Virus record (IMG/VR): IMGVR_UViG_3300021093_003813
Span: 36,968-100,967 of that record
Direction: 5' to 3' (one strand)
Origin: a virus
DNA length: 64,000 nt
Of this stretch, positions 35,403 through 44,612 are shown one piece after another. Below the pieces are notes generated by a model that was not told where the DNA came from, ran no database searches, and worked only from the letters and a program-made list of their open reading frames with translations. Within the stretch, counting starts at the first letter, position 1. The number at the start of each line of letters is the position of its first letter. The position numbers and the translations under genes are program-made.

Positions 35403-36062
35403 TTATTTATAGGCTTCGTACACATCACGATAGTACAGCAATTGTTCCACGTGATGGTCTCGTTTGCTTTCAAACACTTGCATGAATCCATCTGACACAG
35501 CTATCAGAATGGTCAATCTGCTCACTGGTATCTTGGTGCGTTCTTCAAACATGATGGCATAGGCAGCCGCCTGCATGAAGTAATGTTGGATATGTTCCAG
35601 ATCCTTTTCTCGGCGTGCCGTTTTGAAGTCAATCACACTCAACTTGCCATCAAACTCAGCTATACAATCCACACGTCCTGCCAAACGTAGATGATGTGAC
35701 CACAAGGCCACTTCTTGTGCTCGAATGTTGTCAATTCTATCCAACACAGGATTGGCCACCTTGAACATTTCATAATCCCAAAGTGACAAATCACCACCAG
35801 ACAAATTGTTCTGAAGATACTTTTCTGTGATGGTGTGAAATCTGGTACCCCACGTGGCAGCTTGTCGCGACACTTTGTTGGCTTCCATTTCTCCCACTCT
35901 GGCTCTCCATTCCTGGATGCCTTGTTTGGTGTGCTCAGCCAACACTGTGGTGACAGATGGATAGAGCCTACCATCAGGTGTCTGATAGGCTCTGGTTCCA
36001 TCTTCCTGGTTCACAGCGGAAATGGTTTCTATTGTTACCGGGTCATGTAGGAATGTTTTCAT
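35403..36062 (-). CDS. PD-(D/E)XK exonuclease (T4-like phage exonuclease, Cas4-like fold)
   Basis: R.Y.TPDG..YPSVTTVL, GT..H...E.YL, AG.VDCIAEFDG.LSVIDFKT, YF.Q..AYA.M.EE motifs. Confidence 0.9.
   Translation of the reverse strand: MKTFLHDPVTIETISAVNQEDGTRAYQTPDGRLYPSVTTVLAEHTKQGIQEWRARVGEMEANKVSRQAATWGTRFHTITEKYLQNNLSGGDLSLWDYEMFKVANPVLDRIDNIRAQEVALWSHHLRLAGRVDCIAEFDGKLSVIDFKTARREKDLEHIQHYFMQAAAYAIMFEERTKIPVSRLTILIAVSDGFMQVFESKRDHHVEQLLYYRDVYEAYK
35404..35411 (-). promoter_or_regulatory. T4-type late promoter TATAAATA driving the tmRNA
   Basis: Exact octamer overlapping the exonuclease stop, immediately upstream of the tmRNA. Confidence 0.7.
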
Positions 36063-36068
36063 ACTGTA

Positions 36069-36097
36069 AACATAACATTCCTAGACCTGTTTGTCAA
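36069..36097 (-). promoter_or_regulatory. sigma70-type early promoter
   Basis: TTGACA-17 nt-TATGTT with extended TG; ATG follows after 6 nt with no SD. Confidence 0.7.
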
Positions 36098-36107
36098 GCT
36101 CTGTTAT

Positions 36108-36863
36108 TTAAGCCACAGCCATGCCCTCGCACGCCATTCTAGCCAGGATGTATTCCTTCACCAAGGGTCCACGAACAATGTCCTCCACCCCGAATTCCAC
36201 GTGACGGAAGGAAGGCATATGGTGAGCGATAATCATGAACTGCTTTAACCCGGACATATCTGACCGTTTCTGTAAATCTGTTTGGCGAAAATCACCACAG
36301 AAAATGATTTTGGTATTGGTACCAACCCGGGTCATGATGCTGTTCAGTTCCATGTCATTCATGTTCTGAGCCTCATCCACAATCACAATGCAGTTGTCCA
36401 AGGTCAACCCACGAACATAGGAAGTGACCATGAAATGAATTAAACTTTGTTCTTTCAGTTTGTTGTAGGCGCGTTCTCCAAATCTAGGGAACAAATCTGC
36501 GCAAATTTCTTGATAAGGTTGTGAATACACCTCCACTTTTTCTTTTTCATTGCCGGGAAGAAATCCAATATCCCGAGATGGTACTGCTGAGCGAACCACC
36601 ACCACTTTTTTGTAACCTGAATTTTCCAAAACCTCTTTGAAAGCGCTGTGCATAGCAATATAGGTTTTTCCTGTCCCTGCCACTCCATGACATAGAATGG
36701 CTTTGTGTCCTTTACGATAGTAGTTGAAAAAGTTCTCCTGATTTTCTGTGAGGGCCCAGATTTCTTTTAAATCTGAACCACGTACTTTGTGTTTGGATTC
36801 CTGATCCTCTTGAAGAATATAAGTTTGGGACGTGACCAACTTAAGGCGCTTTTTTCTGGACAT
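36108..36863 (-). CDS. phoH: PhoH-like ATPase
   Basis: G.AGTGKT, IGFLPG...EK, RG.TL....IVDEAQN, TRVG...K..FCGD..Q.DL, DIVR motifs. Confidence 0.95.
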   Translation of the reverse strand: MSRKKRLKLVTSQTYILQEDQESKHKVRGSDLKEIWALTENQENFFNYYRKGHKAILCHGVAGTGKTYIAMHSAFKEVLENSGYKKVVVVRSAVPSRDIGFLPGNEKEKVEVYSQPYQEICADLFPRFGERAYNKLKEQSLIHFMVTSYVRGLTLDNCIVIVDEAQNMNDMELNSIMTRVGTNTKIIFCGDFRQTDLQKRSDMSGLKQFMIIAHHMPSFRHVEFGVEDIVRGPLVKEYILARMACEGMAVA

Positions 36864-36886
36864 GAAATGCTCGTTGGGTTGGGGGT

Positions 36887-36923
36887 AAAAAATCCCGCCA
36901 AGGCCGAAGCCCAGACGGGATTT
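36887..36923 (-). terminator. rho-independent terminator with a cUUCGg tetraloop
   Basis: AAATCCCGTCTGGGC-TTCG-GCCTTGGCGGGATTT-TTT downstream of the FmdB-like gene. Confidence 0.8.
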
Positions 36924-36941
36924 GAATAGGACGGAGAGTCC

Positions 36942-37208
36942 TTAGATGTAACTGCTGTTGTTTTTAAGTGTTGAGCCGGGAGTTTTTTCATGAATCTTTT
37001 GTAGTACCTCTTTGAATCCATTATCGGGCCGACGAACTCGTAGTCGAACGGCATCTCCGATGGTAGGTGCTGTGAACATTACTTTTTGCACCTTCATCTC
37101 ACCACACTTTGGACAGGGTTCCTCCGTAGGCTGATTCATGTTAGGTATACTTAGATACTTCGTGAAATACTCCCCACATTTTTCACACTGGTACTCATAT
37201 GTTGGCAT
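36942..37208 (-). CDS. FmdB-family zinc-ribbon protein
   Basis: MPTYEYQCEKCG...CPKCG; D.GFKEVL.KI tail typical of T4-like phage homologues. Confidence 0.85.
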   Translation of the reverse strand: MPTYEYQCEKCGEYFTKYLSIPNMNQPTEEPCPKCGEMKVQKVMFTAPTIGDAVRLRVRRPDNGFKEVLQKIHEKTPGSTLKNNSSYI

Positions 37209-37216
37209 ATTTTTAT

Positions 37217-37396
37217 TTATCTTTCGTAGTTTTCTGCAACACGTTGAACAGTATCACGAACCCATTGCAACAGCAACACAGCAGACTCATTGCCATGTAC
37301 CAACCGTTCAATGTTGTCCAGTTCTTCATGAATGTCTGTCACAAAATATCTTATTCTATTGTCAACTTCTTCATAATATTCTTCATGCTTTTCCAT
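37217..37396 (-). CDS. hypothetical protein (59 aa)
   Basis: Hand-translated MEKHEEYYEEVDNRIRYFV...VAENYER; GGGGAG SD; fills the ligase-FmdB gap. Confidence 0.65.
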   Translation of the reverse strand: MEKHEEYYEEVDNRIRYFVTDIHEELDNIERLVHGNESAVLLLQWVRDTVQRVAENYER

Positions 37397-37404
37397 AACT
37401 CCCC

Positions 37405-38700
37405 CTACTTGATGGAAGATGAAGCATCAGCAATTGCCTTATCTTCACGAAGTTCAAGAAATACTGGAAGAAACAAACTGTGTTGCAAAGTCTTTTTGTC
37501 CTGAATTCTGGCATTGTACTTCACCGCCACAATCTTACCTACTGTTTCTTCTCTTGTGTATTTATCACGTTGTTCATCAGTGAAACCAGAGCCCACGTTC
37601 ACTTTCACTACACCATCATCAGATTCCAGAACCAAGGCACCCAACTTGCCCACATTTTTACCAGTTCCTTCCTGCCAATCCACACACTTCAAATCACATT
37701 CCAATTCTCCCTTGAACTTCACCTGGTGTTTCACACGCTTGTCTTCCCAAGGAGCATTGATGTCCTTCAAAATGATGCCTTCCTCACCCCTCTGAAAATA
37801 TTCCTCAAAGATGTGATGTGCCTCATCCTCAGTGGCCACTTCAATGTTCTCAATCAACGAGATGCGAACAGGCAGTTCCATTTGTTCCAGCATGTGGAAC
37901 CGGTCACCATAAGGTGTGTCACAATGTCCAGTCTGGAAATCTGTGAAAGGAATCACATCCCAGATGGTGGCGTGAACCATGCCAGCTTCCTTGTCTGTGA
38001 TGGTGCCCTTCACCGCCTTGTTCAGGATGCCATTGCCTTTCTGACGATTCATGATGCCAGTGCCATCCAACACCACCAGTTCACCATCAAACACTATTGT
38101 ATGGTTTCCTGCCAACTCCAAGAATTCCTGTTCCAGATGCCCCAACAAATCAATTTGCTTGCCATTTCTGGAACGAAACTCCACGGTTCTGTTCTTCACA
38201 ATGGCATTGAAACGCATACCATCTAGTTTCAATTGCACATAGGCAGGATAGGTCATCTTGTTCATGATTTTTTCATCAAAGCCAGATGCCAACATCACAG
38301 GATAGGTGGGAATCAATCCAGGCCAAATCTTGTTCACAGTGGCTTCAGACACACCACAGCGCAAATCTTTCTCAATGATGCGTTCAATCACTTTGGCATC
38401 ATCAGTTGTGACACTTTCCAAAATGATTTTCAGATGATGGATGGCAGCGTTACCGGTCACCACACGATTGATGATGTTGCTTAAATTATCCAAAGCACCT
38501 TCCAAACTCATGGTGCCTTTGGTGTAGTTTACAGTTGCATTGGTGTAGGTGGGAATCTTTCGAATGTAAAATTGTGTATATGGATCAAGAGCAAGAAACA
38601 ACACACGCTGAAATGTTGTATCCGCGTAATGTTGCTTCAAAATGGCCTCTTTTTCCAACCGACTGGAAGTAGCTGCCAGCGCCATAAAAATAGATTCCAT
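37405..38700 (-). CDS. gp30: ATP-dependent DNA ligase
   Basis: KLDGMR (motif I), FDGEL, EGIILK, WE.KR, VNVGSGF, LFLPVF..LREDK. Confidence 0.97.
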   Translation of the reverse strand: MESIFMALAATSSRLEKEAILKQHYADTTFQRVLFLALDPYTQFYIRKIPTYTNATVNYTKGTMSLEGALDNLSNIINRVVTGNAAIHHLKIILESVTTDDAKVIERIIEKDLRCGVSEATVNKIWPGLIPTYPVMLASGFDEKIMNKMTYPAYVQLKLDGMRFNAIVKNRTVEFRSRNGKQIDLLGHLEQEFLELAGNHTIVFDGELVVLDGTGIMNRQKGNGILNKAVKGTITDKEAGMVHATIWDVIPFTDFQTGHCDTPYGDRFHMLEQMELPVRISLIENIEVATEDEAHHIFEEYFQRGEEGIILKDINAPWEDKRVKHQVKFKGELECDLKCVDWQEGTGKNVGKLGALVLESDDGVVKVNVGSGFTDEQRDKYTREETVGKIVAVKYNARIQDKKTLQHSLFLPVFLELREDKAIADASSSIK

Positions 38701-38723
38701 AGTTCCTCCTAGAGTTACTATGG

Positions 38724-38752
38724 AATCTAATAGACTATAGGCGATTTGTCAA
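38724..38752 (-). promoter_or_regulatory. sigma70-type early promoter (ligase)
   Basis: TTGACA-17 nt-TAGATT upstream of a GAGGAGG SD. Confidence 0.7.
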
Positions 38753-38756
38753 GTCC

Positions 38757-39995
38757 TTAAATGGACTGATACCATTCTGCTAGTTCTGGGAAAATGGTCA
38801 CGAATTTCTCGTTTCGTATCTCGTCCAACGACTCGTTGAACATTTTAAAGTCTTTCCATACAGTAGGGTCCACTTCATCATAATTAATGTAATTTCTGAT
38901 GATGTTAATATCGGGACCTACACAACTGTAAGGGGGCATAGTTTGTAATAGCACGTCGAGTTTTTCTTTGGCTTTTTTCTTTAAATCAACAGGTAATGCA
39001 TTAACATCCAGGAAATTATAAGAGCTGATGGGATAAAGAATAACGCTAGTTTTTTCCCAATCTAATACTCCAGAGGCATTTAGTGAGTGTAGGAATTCAG
39101 AAAGTGTCAGGATATTATAGACACTCACGACACAATTAATACCAACATTAACATGAGGTACGTTTTTCTTTATCTCTAAAATATTAGCCACCACTTCATC
39201 CCACTTAGTACCTTTTCTCATATACTCAGCTCTAGTACCAACTGAATCCAAACTAGCTCGAAAATCTACAGACTTAAATTTCTGCCATAAATCAATCACA
39301 TTATAGTGCTTGTGTGTTATAGTGCTGCAATTACTGCTATATCTGAGTTTCACATCGGTTTTATTTTCATTGATTAGAGTCTCTAACACCTCATAATGTT
39401 CTTCTGTCATTAAAGGTTCACCGCCAGCAAAATACATATGTTCTACACCATGTAAGTGAGATTTAAGATTTTCTAGAAATGTGGGGACCTCATTACTCAC
39501 ATGGCGCAAAGTAGGTAGTCCTGACTGTTCTCCATACTTTCGGTTTTCAGCTGCCCAACTGGTAGAGAATTCTTCAGAACAATAGCGACACTTGAAGCTA
39601 CAAAGATTACTAAATCGAACATCAAAATATTTTATATCAACTTCTTTGAGAGAATAATCATCATTGGTATTTTCTATAAGTGAGGGGGCATGGTGTCGAA
39701 ACATATCAAAACTAGCGTGTCTGTAATTGCGCCGTTCGGTGAGTTCTCGTGTATAGCATTGATTACATTGCGAAACAGGAGTACCCTCAACCATATTTTT
39801 TCGTAATTCACGATATTTCTCATTGTTCCATATTTCTTCAATAGAATTTTGTTTCACATTGCCTAACGACATTTCTTTCCTGGTAGTTTCTGCAATGCAA
39901 CATGGATATACATCACCGCTAGTATGTACATACATATGTGTCCATGGAAAAAGACACATGGTTTTATTTTCCATCACGAATAATTCTTTTTTCAT
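38757..39995 (-). CDS. radical SAM protein with N-terminal SPASM/twitch domain
   Basis: C..PW.H....G.V.PCC...C..C N-domain; CSFKCRYC; FAGGEP. Confidence 0.9.
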   Translation of the reverse strand: MKKELFVMENKTMCLFPWTHMYVHTSGDVYPCCIAETTRKEMSLGNVKQNSIEEIWNNEKYRELRKNMVEGTPVSQCNQCYTRELTERRNYRHASFDMFRHHAPSLIENTNDDYSLKEVDIKYFDVRFSNLCSFKCRYCSEEFSTSWAAENRKYGEQSGLPTLRHVSNEVPTFLENLKSHLHGVEHMYFAGGEPLMTEEHYEVLETLINENKTDVKLRYSSNCSTITHKHYNVIDLWQKFKSVDFRASLDSVGTRAEYMRKGTKWDEVVANILEIKKNVPHVNVGINCVVSVYNILTLSEFLHSLNASGVLDWEKTSVILYPISSYNFLDVNALPVDLKKKAKEKLDVLLQTMPPYSCVGPDINIIRNYINYDEVDPTVWKDFKMFNESLDEIRNEKFVTIFPELAEWYQSI

Positions 39996-41443
39996 AGAAC
40001 AGTAACGTTATAAGTGTTTTCGAAAATCAAAGCATCCTTTCTGTCATTTACCATAGGCTTCCCTTTGACATTTAAACTTGTGTTCAACACCATAGGGCAC
40101 CCGGTTTCCCGGTACCATTCTTGCAGAAACTCATAAAAGTCAGGGGAGTCTGTCTTGGATACTGTTTGAACTCTAGAGGTGCCATCAGCATGAATGATGG
40201 CAGGAAAGGCTAGGGGTTGTTTACATAAAGCAGTATACTGCATATACGGCGTTTCAGCGGTGGGCATATGAAAATATTTATAAGCATGTTCAGCCAGAAT
40301 AGCAGGAGCAAAAGGACGAAACTTCTGACGCTTCTTAATGGCATTCACTGCATCCTTGATGTCATCACCGCGCGGATCCGCCAACAAACTTCTGTGACCT
40401 AACGCTCTGGGACCAAACTCAGCTCTGCCAGATGCTACACCGACAATTTTTTGTTTTTGTAAAGTTTCAATTAATTGTTTTGTGGGGTATTTTGTTCCCA
40501 TCTTGTGTCCAAGGTATGGTCCCTGCCAATTTAAAAACTCTTGTTGATAGGCCGCGATTGCTCCAAGACTATTACCCGCATCTCCTGGATTAGGCATAAT
40601 CCACACACAGTCAAAGTACTGAAAAGCTATACTGTTGGCAACACAGTTCAACGCACATCCTCCACCCAACACTAGATTTTTACTATCAGTCAATTTCTTA
40701 GCTTTATCCAACAAATCATGTAGATACAACTCATACACAAATTGTGTGGCTGCTGCAATATCATACATATCCTGTTGTGTGGTCAATTCAGGTCGCCACC
40801 AAAGGCATCCACGATGTAGATTATGAGTCAACTTCAATGTTTCTCGGGTATCAAAAAAATCTTCCAGAATAATAGAAGTGTATTTCAATGGGTCACCATA
40901 TGCTGCCATACCCATTAAGATGTATTCTTCTTCGTTTGGTTTCAGCCCCACCCGTTGTGTCATGGCAGAATACCACAACCCTAGGCTGTGTGGATATTTG
41001 ATAGAGAACTTCTTTTCCAGTTTCTTGCCCTGCCCATGCCAAATCGTTGTGGTATCAAACTCACCGATGGCATCTATCACCAACACAGCGGCTTCATCAA
41101 AGTTTGAGGTATAGTATCCACCTGCCGCATGGCTATTATGGTGGTCAACTGTTGTGATAGGCGCCGTGATGTTATAGCTATGTAGATATTGCTTGATGTT
41201 GTTGTTTATCCACCCCTGTCCAGCGCGCAATTGCCTCAACGATTTCATGAACGGGCGCTCATACCATACTACTAGGTCAGGTTCACCGTATTGTTTAGCG
41301 TCAGAAATAATTCCAGGGTTCAGGTGAGCATCATTTTTCACCCCTGAATATCGCTCAGATTGCGACGCAAATAATATGTCGCGGTCATTAATAACCGAGA
41401 TGGCTGCATCATGACTGTTGGCGGAAATACCCCATATTATCAT
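39992..41443 (-). CDS. carbamoyltransferase (NodU/CmcH family)
   Basis: HDAA, ERYS..KND, HH.SHAA, DAIGE, GGCALNC, GDAG, EFGPRALG.RS, FRPFAP, LNTSLN. Confidence 0.95.
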   Translation of the reverse strand: MIIWGISANSHDAAISVINDRDILFASQSERYSGVKNDAHLNPGIISDAKQYGEPDLVVWYERPFMKSLRQLRAGQGWINNNIKQYLHSYNITAPITTVDHHNSHAAGGYYTSNFDEAAVLVIDAIGEFDTTTIWHGQGKKLEKKFSIKYPHSLGLWYSAMTQRVGLKPNEEEYILMGMAAYGDPLKYTSIILEDFFDTRETLKLTHNLHRGCLWWRPELTTQQDMYDIAAATQFVYELYLHDLLDKAKKLTDSKNLVLGGGCALNCVANSIAFQYFDCVWIMPNPGDAGNSLGAIAAYQQEFLNWQGPYLGHKMGTKYPTKQLIETLQKQKIVGVASGRAEFGPRALGHRSLLADPRGDDIKDAVNAIKKRQKFRPFAPAILAEHAYKYFHMPTAETPYMQYTALCKQPLAFPAIIHADGTSRVQTVSKTDSPDFYEFLQEWYRETGCPMVLNTSLNVKGKPMVNDRKDALIFENTYNVTVL

Positions 41444-41550
41444 CTACTCATCTCCAAATTATCATCCAACCAGTTGTTAACAATAGCTGCATACTCAATA
41501 TGTGAACTTCCATTCACATAAAAATATTCATACCCCTTGTACTTAGGCAT
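41440..41550 (-). pseudogene. 36-aa mini-ORF, probable internally deleted SGNH-like gene
   Basis: MPKYKGYEYFYVNGSSHIEYAAIVNNWLDDNLEMSR; overlaps both neighbours (ATGCCTAA and ATGA). Confidence 0.5.
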
Positions 41551-42088
41551 AATATAATTCAGGGTATTCTACCAACACATGAATACCAGAGTTATCCATA
41601 GCAGATTGATATGACGTAGCGATGTCCTCAGGTGTCCGTAAGTCGTAAAACTTTATGTTGGGACACATTTTCTGATACTCGCTAAAATAATTTCCTTTAT
41701 GTTGATGACCAGGGTCTAGTGGTTTATCACTACCTTTTCCTAGACGAATCATTATATGAACGTCCTTGCCCGTCATGTGCTTGAATTTATCTACATGGTT
41801 AATCAATTGATTCGAGGCGAGGATGATGAAATCCCATCTAGGATAGAAAGATACTACAACTTTCCCGGTCATTGCCAATCCTAACGTCATGCCCATCTGG
41901 GTTTCTTCCATGACAGGTAATTCAATCATTTTATCCTTGGAAACACCCCCTAAAGTTGTGCTCATAGGGTTTCCAGCATACACAATCTGTTGACCAATGA
42001 ATATACTGTCCTCAATTGCAGCAATAGATTCCATGGCTGTAGACAATGCATCTTTATAGGGTGACGGGACAGGATTACTCATTTTCAA
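41543..42088 (-). CDS. TPP enzyme E1-beta/transketolase pyrimidine-binding domain (no C-terminal domain)
   Basis: IELPV.E..QMG..LGLA..G, DF...A.NQL.N, G.QH motifs; only 181 aa. Confidence 0.8.
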   Translation of the reverse strand: MKMSNPVPSPYKDALSTAMESIAAIEDSIFIGQQIVYAGNPMSTTLGGVSKDKMIELPVMEETQMGMTLGLAMTGKVVVSFYPRWDFIILASNQLINHVDKFKHMTGKDVHIMIRLGKGSDKPLDPGHQHKGNYFSEYQKMCPNIKFYDLRTPEDIATSYQSAMDNSGIHVLVEYPELYYA

Positions 42089-43019
42089 TTCTCTTTATGA
42101 GAGTGTCAGCAATTAGCCGATGGCATCTTAAGGAAGGGTGATGGTCTTTTGGTGTGTTGTTAAATTCCTGAAAATCATATTTAATAGTCATAGTTCGTAC
42201 AGCATTCATAAGACTCTCCAATGAGTTGTAGCTATATCCCAAAACATCAAACACGATGTGTCTTTCTTTCAACCAAGAATCCTTTTCTATGTATTTGACG
42301 TAATAATCTGGCCATGTAAGAAGATATGTCTTGATTCCCTTACTTTCTAGAAATTGTAAATGAGTCTTAACATCATGCACGTTCAACTGTATCCCATATT
42401 CTTCCCAATCCTCAATCGTTATGTTATTTTCTAACAAATAATCAGTTAAAATGTCAGAACTTTTGTGTATGTTATTGTGGATATCTAATTGTTGCCCTTT
42501 ATAGTTGATGAAAATATGCTTACGTTGCCATTGCGTCATCTGAAACACACAATGCGAATAATCACTAAAATCAGCTGGTTTGTAATAATTGTCAGGATCT
42601 AAGAAAAGTTTTTGCATGCAGTATTCTATAGCTGATTCATTAGAACCGCCGTTAAAAGGTGCCACTTGCTCAAAGGTGTTGAAATGTTTGGCAACTAGGC
42701 GGGGATATCTTACTGTTTCCATGAATTTGATATGACTAGGATTCACCAACAGTGAATCAAAGCAATCTGGGGGAGGTTCGCGTAAAGAATCTAGATTGCT
42801 ATAATAGTATAACCCCTGACCCCAAGTAAACGAGCAACCAGAAAAAATCATTCCTTTGATAGGAGTTTTTTCCTTATGGCACTTGGTCCAAGGATAATCG
42901 TGGTCAATTCTCCAATCTCTTAACATACTGACATGGGAATAATTGGGGTGATCGATGGGTAAGTTAATACCATGAAATCTCTTATAAAATTCTTTCCTAT
43001 TTAACTGTATATCGCTCAT
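42075..43019 (-). CDS. SGNH-hydrolase-like protein
   Basis: GCSFTWGQG, GGSN, DHHP; paralogue of 32234-33016. Confidence 0.65.
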   Translation of the reverse strand: MSDIQLNRKEFYKRFHGINLPIDHPNYSHVSMLRDWRIDHDYPWTKCHKEKTPIKGMIFSGCSFTWGQGLYYYSNLDSLREPPPDCFDSLLVNPSHIKFMETVRYPRLVAKHFNTFEQVAPFNGGSNESAIEYCMQKLFLDPDNYYKPADFSDYSHCVFQMTQWQRKHIFINYKGQQLDIHNNIHKSSDILTDYLLENNITIEDWEEYGIQLNVHDVKTHLQFLESKGIKTYLLTWPDYYVKYIEKDSWLKERHIVFDVLGYSYNSLESLMNAVRTMTIKYDFQEFNNTPKDHHPSLRCHRLIADTLIKRIENE

Positions 43020-43209
43020 ATTTTATATTACTCCAAACACGTTCAAAAAAATAAAACGCAAAAAACCCGGTTATGTTCATTAACACTGCATTGTGAAAGT
43101 TAGTGTTCCCCACATCTAATGTCAATATAAGCCACGAATTGAAAACAGCCACAATTCTCCATGTGACGGTTTTCACCGTGGTTCTTTTTTTGGTTTCTAT
43201 TACCTTCAT
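42997..43209 (-). CDS. DUF2061-family small membrane protein
   Basis: ET.KRT.VKT.TWR...Y..ERVW. Confidence 0.8.
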   Translation of the reverse strand: MKVIETKKRTTVKTVTWRIVAVFNSWLILTLDVGNTNFHNAVLMNITGFFAFYFFERVWSNIKYERYTVK

Positions 43210-43622
43210 GCTTTCTTCTTCCAGCTAATTTCCCAATCCTTGAAGTCAGCAGCTAAACAATCCACTTTGTAATCTTTTCTTCCACCAACAGCTTCCTGGA
43301 TTACATTTTTAGCAGTGTTGCGAATACCGTTCAGCCCGTGCGTTAATTCAAGATTGTTACCATTTTTGATTCCTCTCCGATAATTCGATTCATTGTGCCA
43401 GATGTGAAGATTCATTTGTGCAACTACCACAATTGCTCGGATGGTTTCAGCGTCAATGACGCCCTTATGTTCATCCAATACAATTTGAATGTCGTGAGTA
43501 ATGTCCTGGATTTCTTTGGAATATTCTTCTTTGAATTCAGGAATAAAGACTTCTTTTAGCTGTACGATACTCAACCGGTCAATCAAATCACCTAGTGTGT
43601 GCAAATACTTTCTTTCTGGCAT
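43206..43622 (-). CDS. conserved hypothetical helical protein of sugar-biosynthesis clusters
   Basis: T.GDLIDRLSI..LK, N..IWH.E, N..RN..KN.I pattern. Confidence 0.65.
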   Translation of the reverse strand: MPERKYLHTLGDLIDRLSIVQLKEVFIPEFKEEYSKEIQDITHDIQIVLDEHKGVIDAETIRAIVVVAQMNLHIWHNESNYRRGIKNGNNLELTHGLNGIRNTAKNVIQEAVGGRKDYKVDCLAADFKDWEISWKKKA

Positions 43623-43631
43623 GATAACTCC

Positions 43632-44570
43632 TTATAGGTTTGTGAAATTTCTATTATTATGGGTTATAACAACTTGATATGCATGTATTAACTGTTTGAT
43701 TCCATAATTTAAATCAAAGGCAGGACGCCATCCTAACTTTTCCAGTTTCTCGTTGGACACGATGTAATTTCTCTTATCAAAATCTTCCTTGAACTCATCT
43801 TGTTTAATGACCAACGAAGGGATATACTGCTTAATTTTTTCTGCTAATTCTAGCTTGCTCAAGTTGGCTGTTGAAAGCCCCACATTAAACGCCTGCCCTT
43901 TACATTTATCATAGTTTTCAATCACAAATTGAAACGTTCTCGCAATATCCTGAACATGGATATAGTTTCGTTTGAAATGCCCCTCAAACAAGACCAAATA
44001 TCCATCGACGATGGATTTGTATACGAAATCGTTTACCAATAGGTCTTGACGCATTCTTGGTGAAACGCCAAACACCGTTGCTAAGCGTAGTGAAACTCCA
44101 TTGCCATTTCTTAGCATAGCAGATTCAGCATCGCATTTGGTTTCTGCATATAGTGACAAAGGTTTGAATGGGCTTTCTTCGGTTATGATATGCTCGGATG
44201 ACCCATACTGACTATTGGTGTTAGGGAGAATCAATTTCTGAACGTCTGTCAGCACAGCTAGTATGTTTTCAATCTGTTTATAGTTTACATCAATAGTTAA
44301 CTGGGGATTCTTTTTACATGCCGGCATCCCTACAATTGCAGCTAATGGAATAATCACCTCATGTTCCTTTACTAACTTTTGTAACAAAGAAACATCACGC
44401 ACATCACCTAACATGAATTGGAAGTTTGGGTTCTTGAAAAGATGCAGTATGGATATTTGTTTGTACAACAAGTTATCTAGAATGGATACACTATACCCCG
44501 CCGATAATAGATGCTCGGCTATAGTAGAACCTAAATATCCCGCTCCTCCTGTGATTAATACCTTGGTCAT
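43632..44570 (-). CDS. NAD-dependent epimerase/dehydratase (extended SDR)
   Basis: ITGGAGYLGS, YAETK, RLATVFG.SPRMR.DLLVN. Confidence 0.9.
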   Translation of the reverse strand: MTKVLITGGAGYLGSTIAEHLLSAGYSVSILDNLLYKQISILHLFKNPNFQFMLGDVRDVSLLQKLVKEHEVIIPLAAIVGMPACKKNPQLTIDVNYKQIENILAVLTDVQKLILPNTNSQYGSSEHIITEESPFKPLSLYAETKCDAESAMLRNGNGVSLRLATVFGVSPRMRQDLLVNDFVYKSIVDGYLVLFEGHFKRNYIHVQDIARTFQFVIENYDKCKGQAFNVGLSTANLSKLELAEKIKQYIPSLVIKQDEFKEDFDKRNYIVSNEKLEKLGWRPAFDLNYGIKQLIHAYQVVITHNNRNFTNL

Positions 44571-44612
44571 ATCTTAAACCCCAAAAAATTTGTCTTGATG
44601 TGTGTAAAAACA

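Noticed and set aside
35403-36062. CRISPR-Cas locus suggested by the Cas4-like nuclease
   Set aside because: No repeat-spacer array or other cas genes seen; this nuclease is a common T4-like phage gene
37480-38226. 248-aa plus-strand ORF
   Set aside because: Entirely antisense to DNA ligase, with His/Leu/Phe-rich shadow composition
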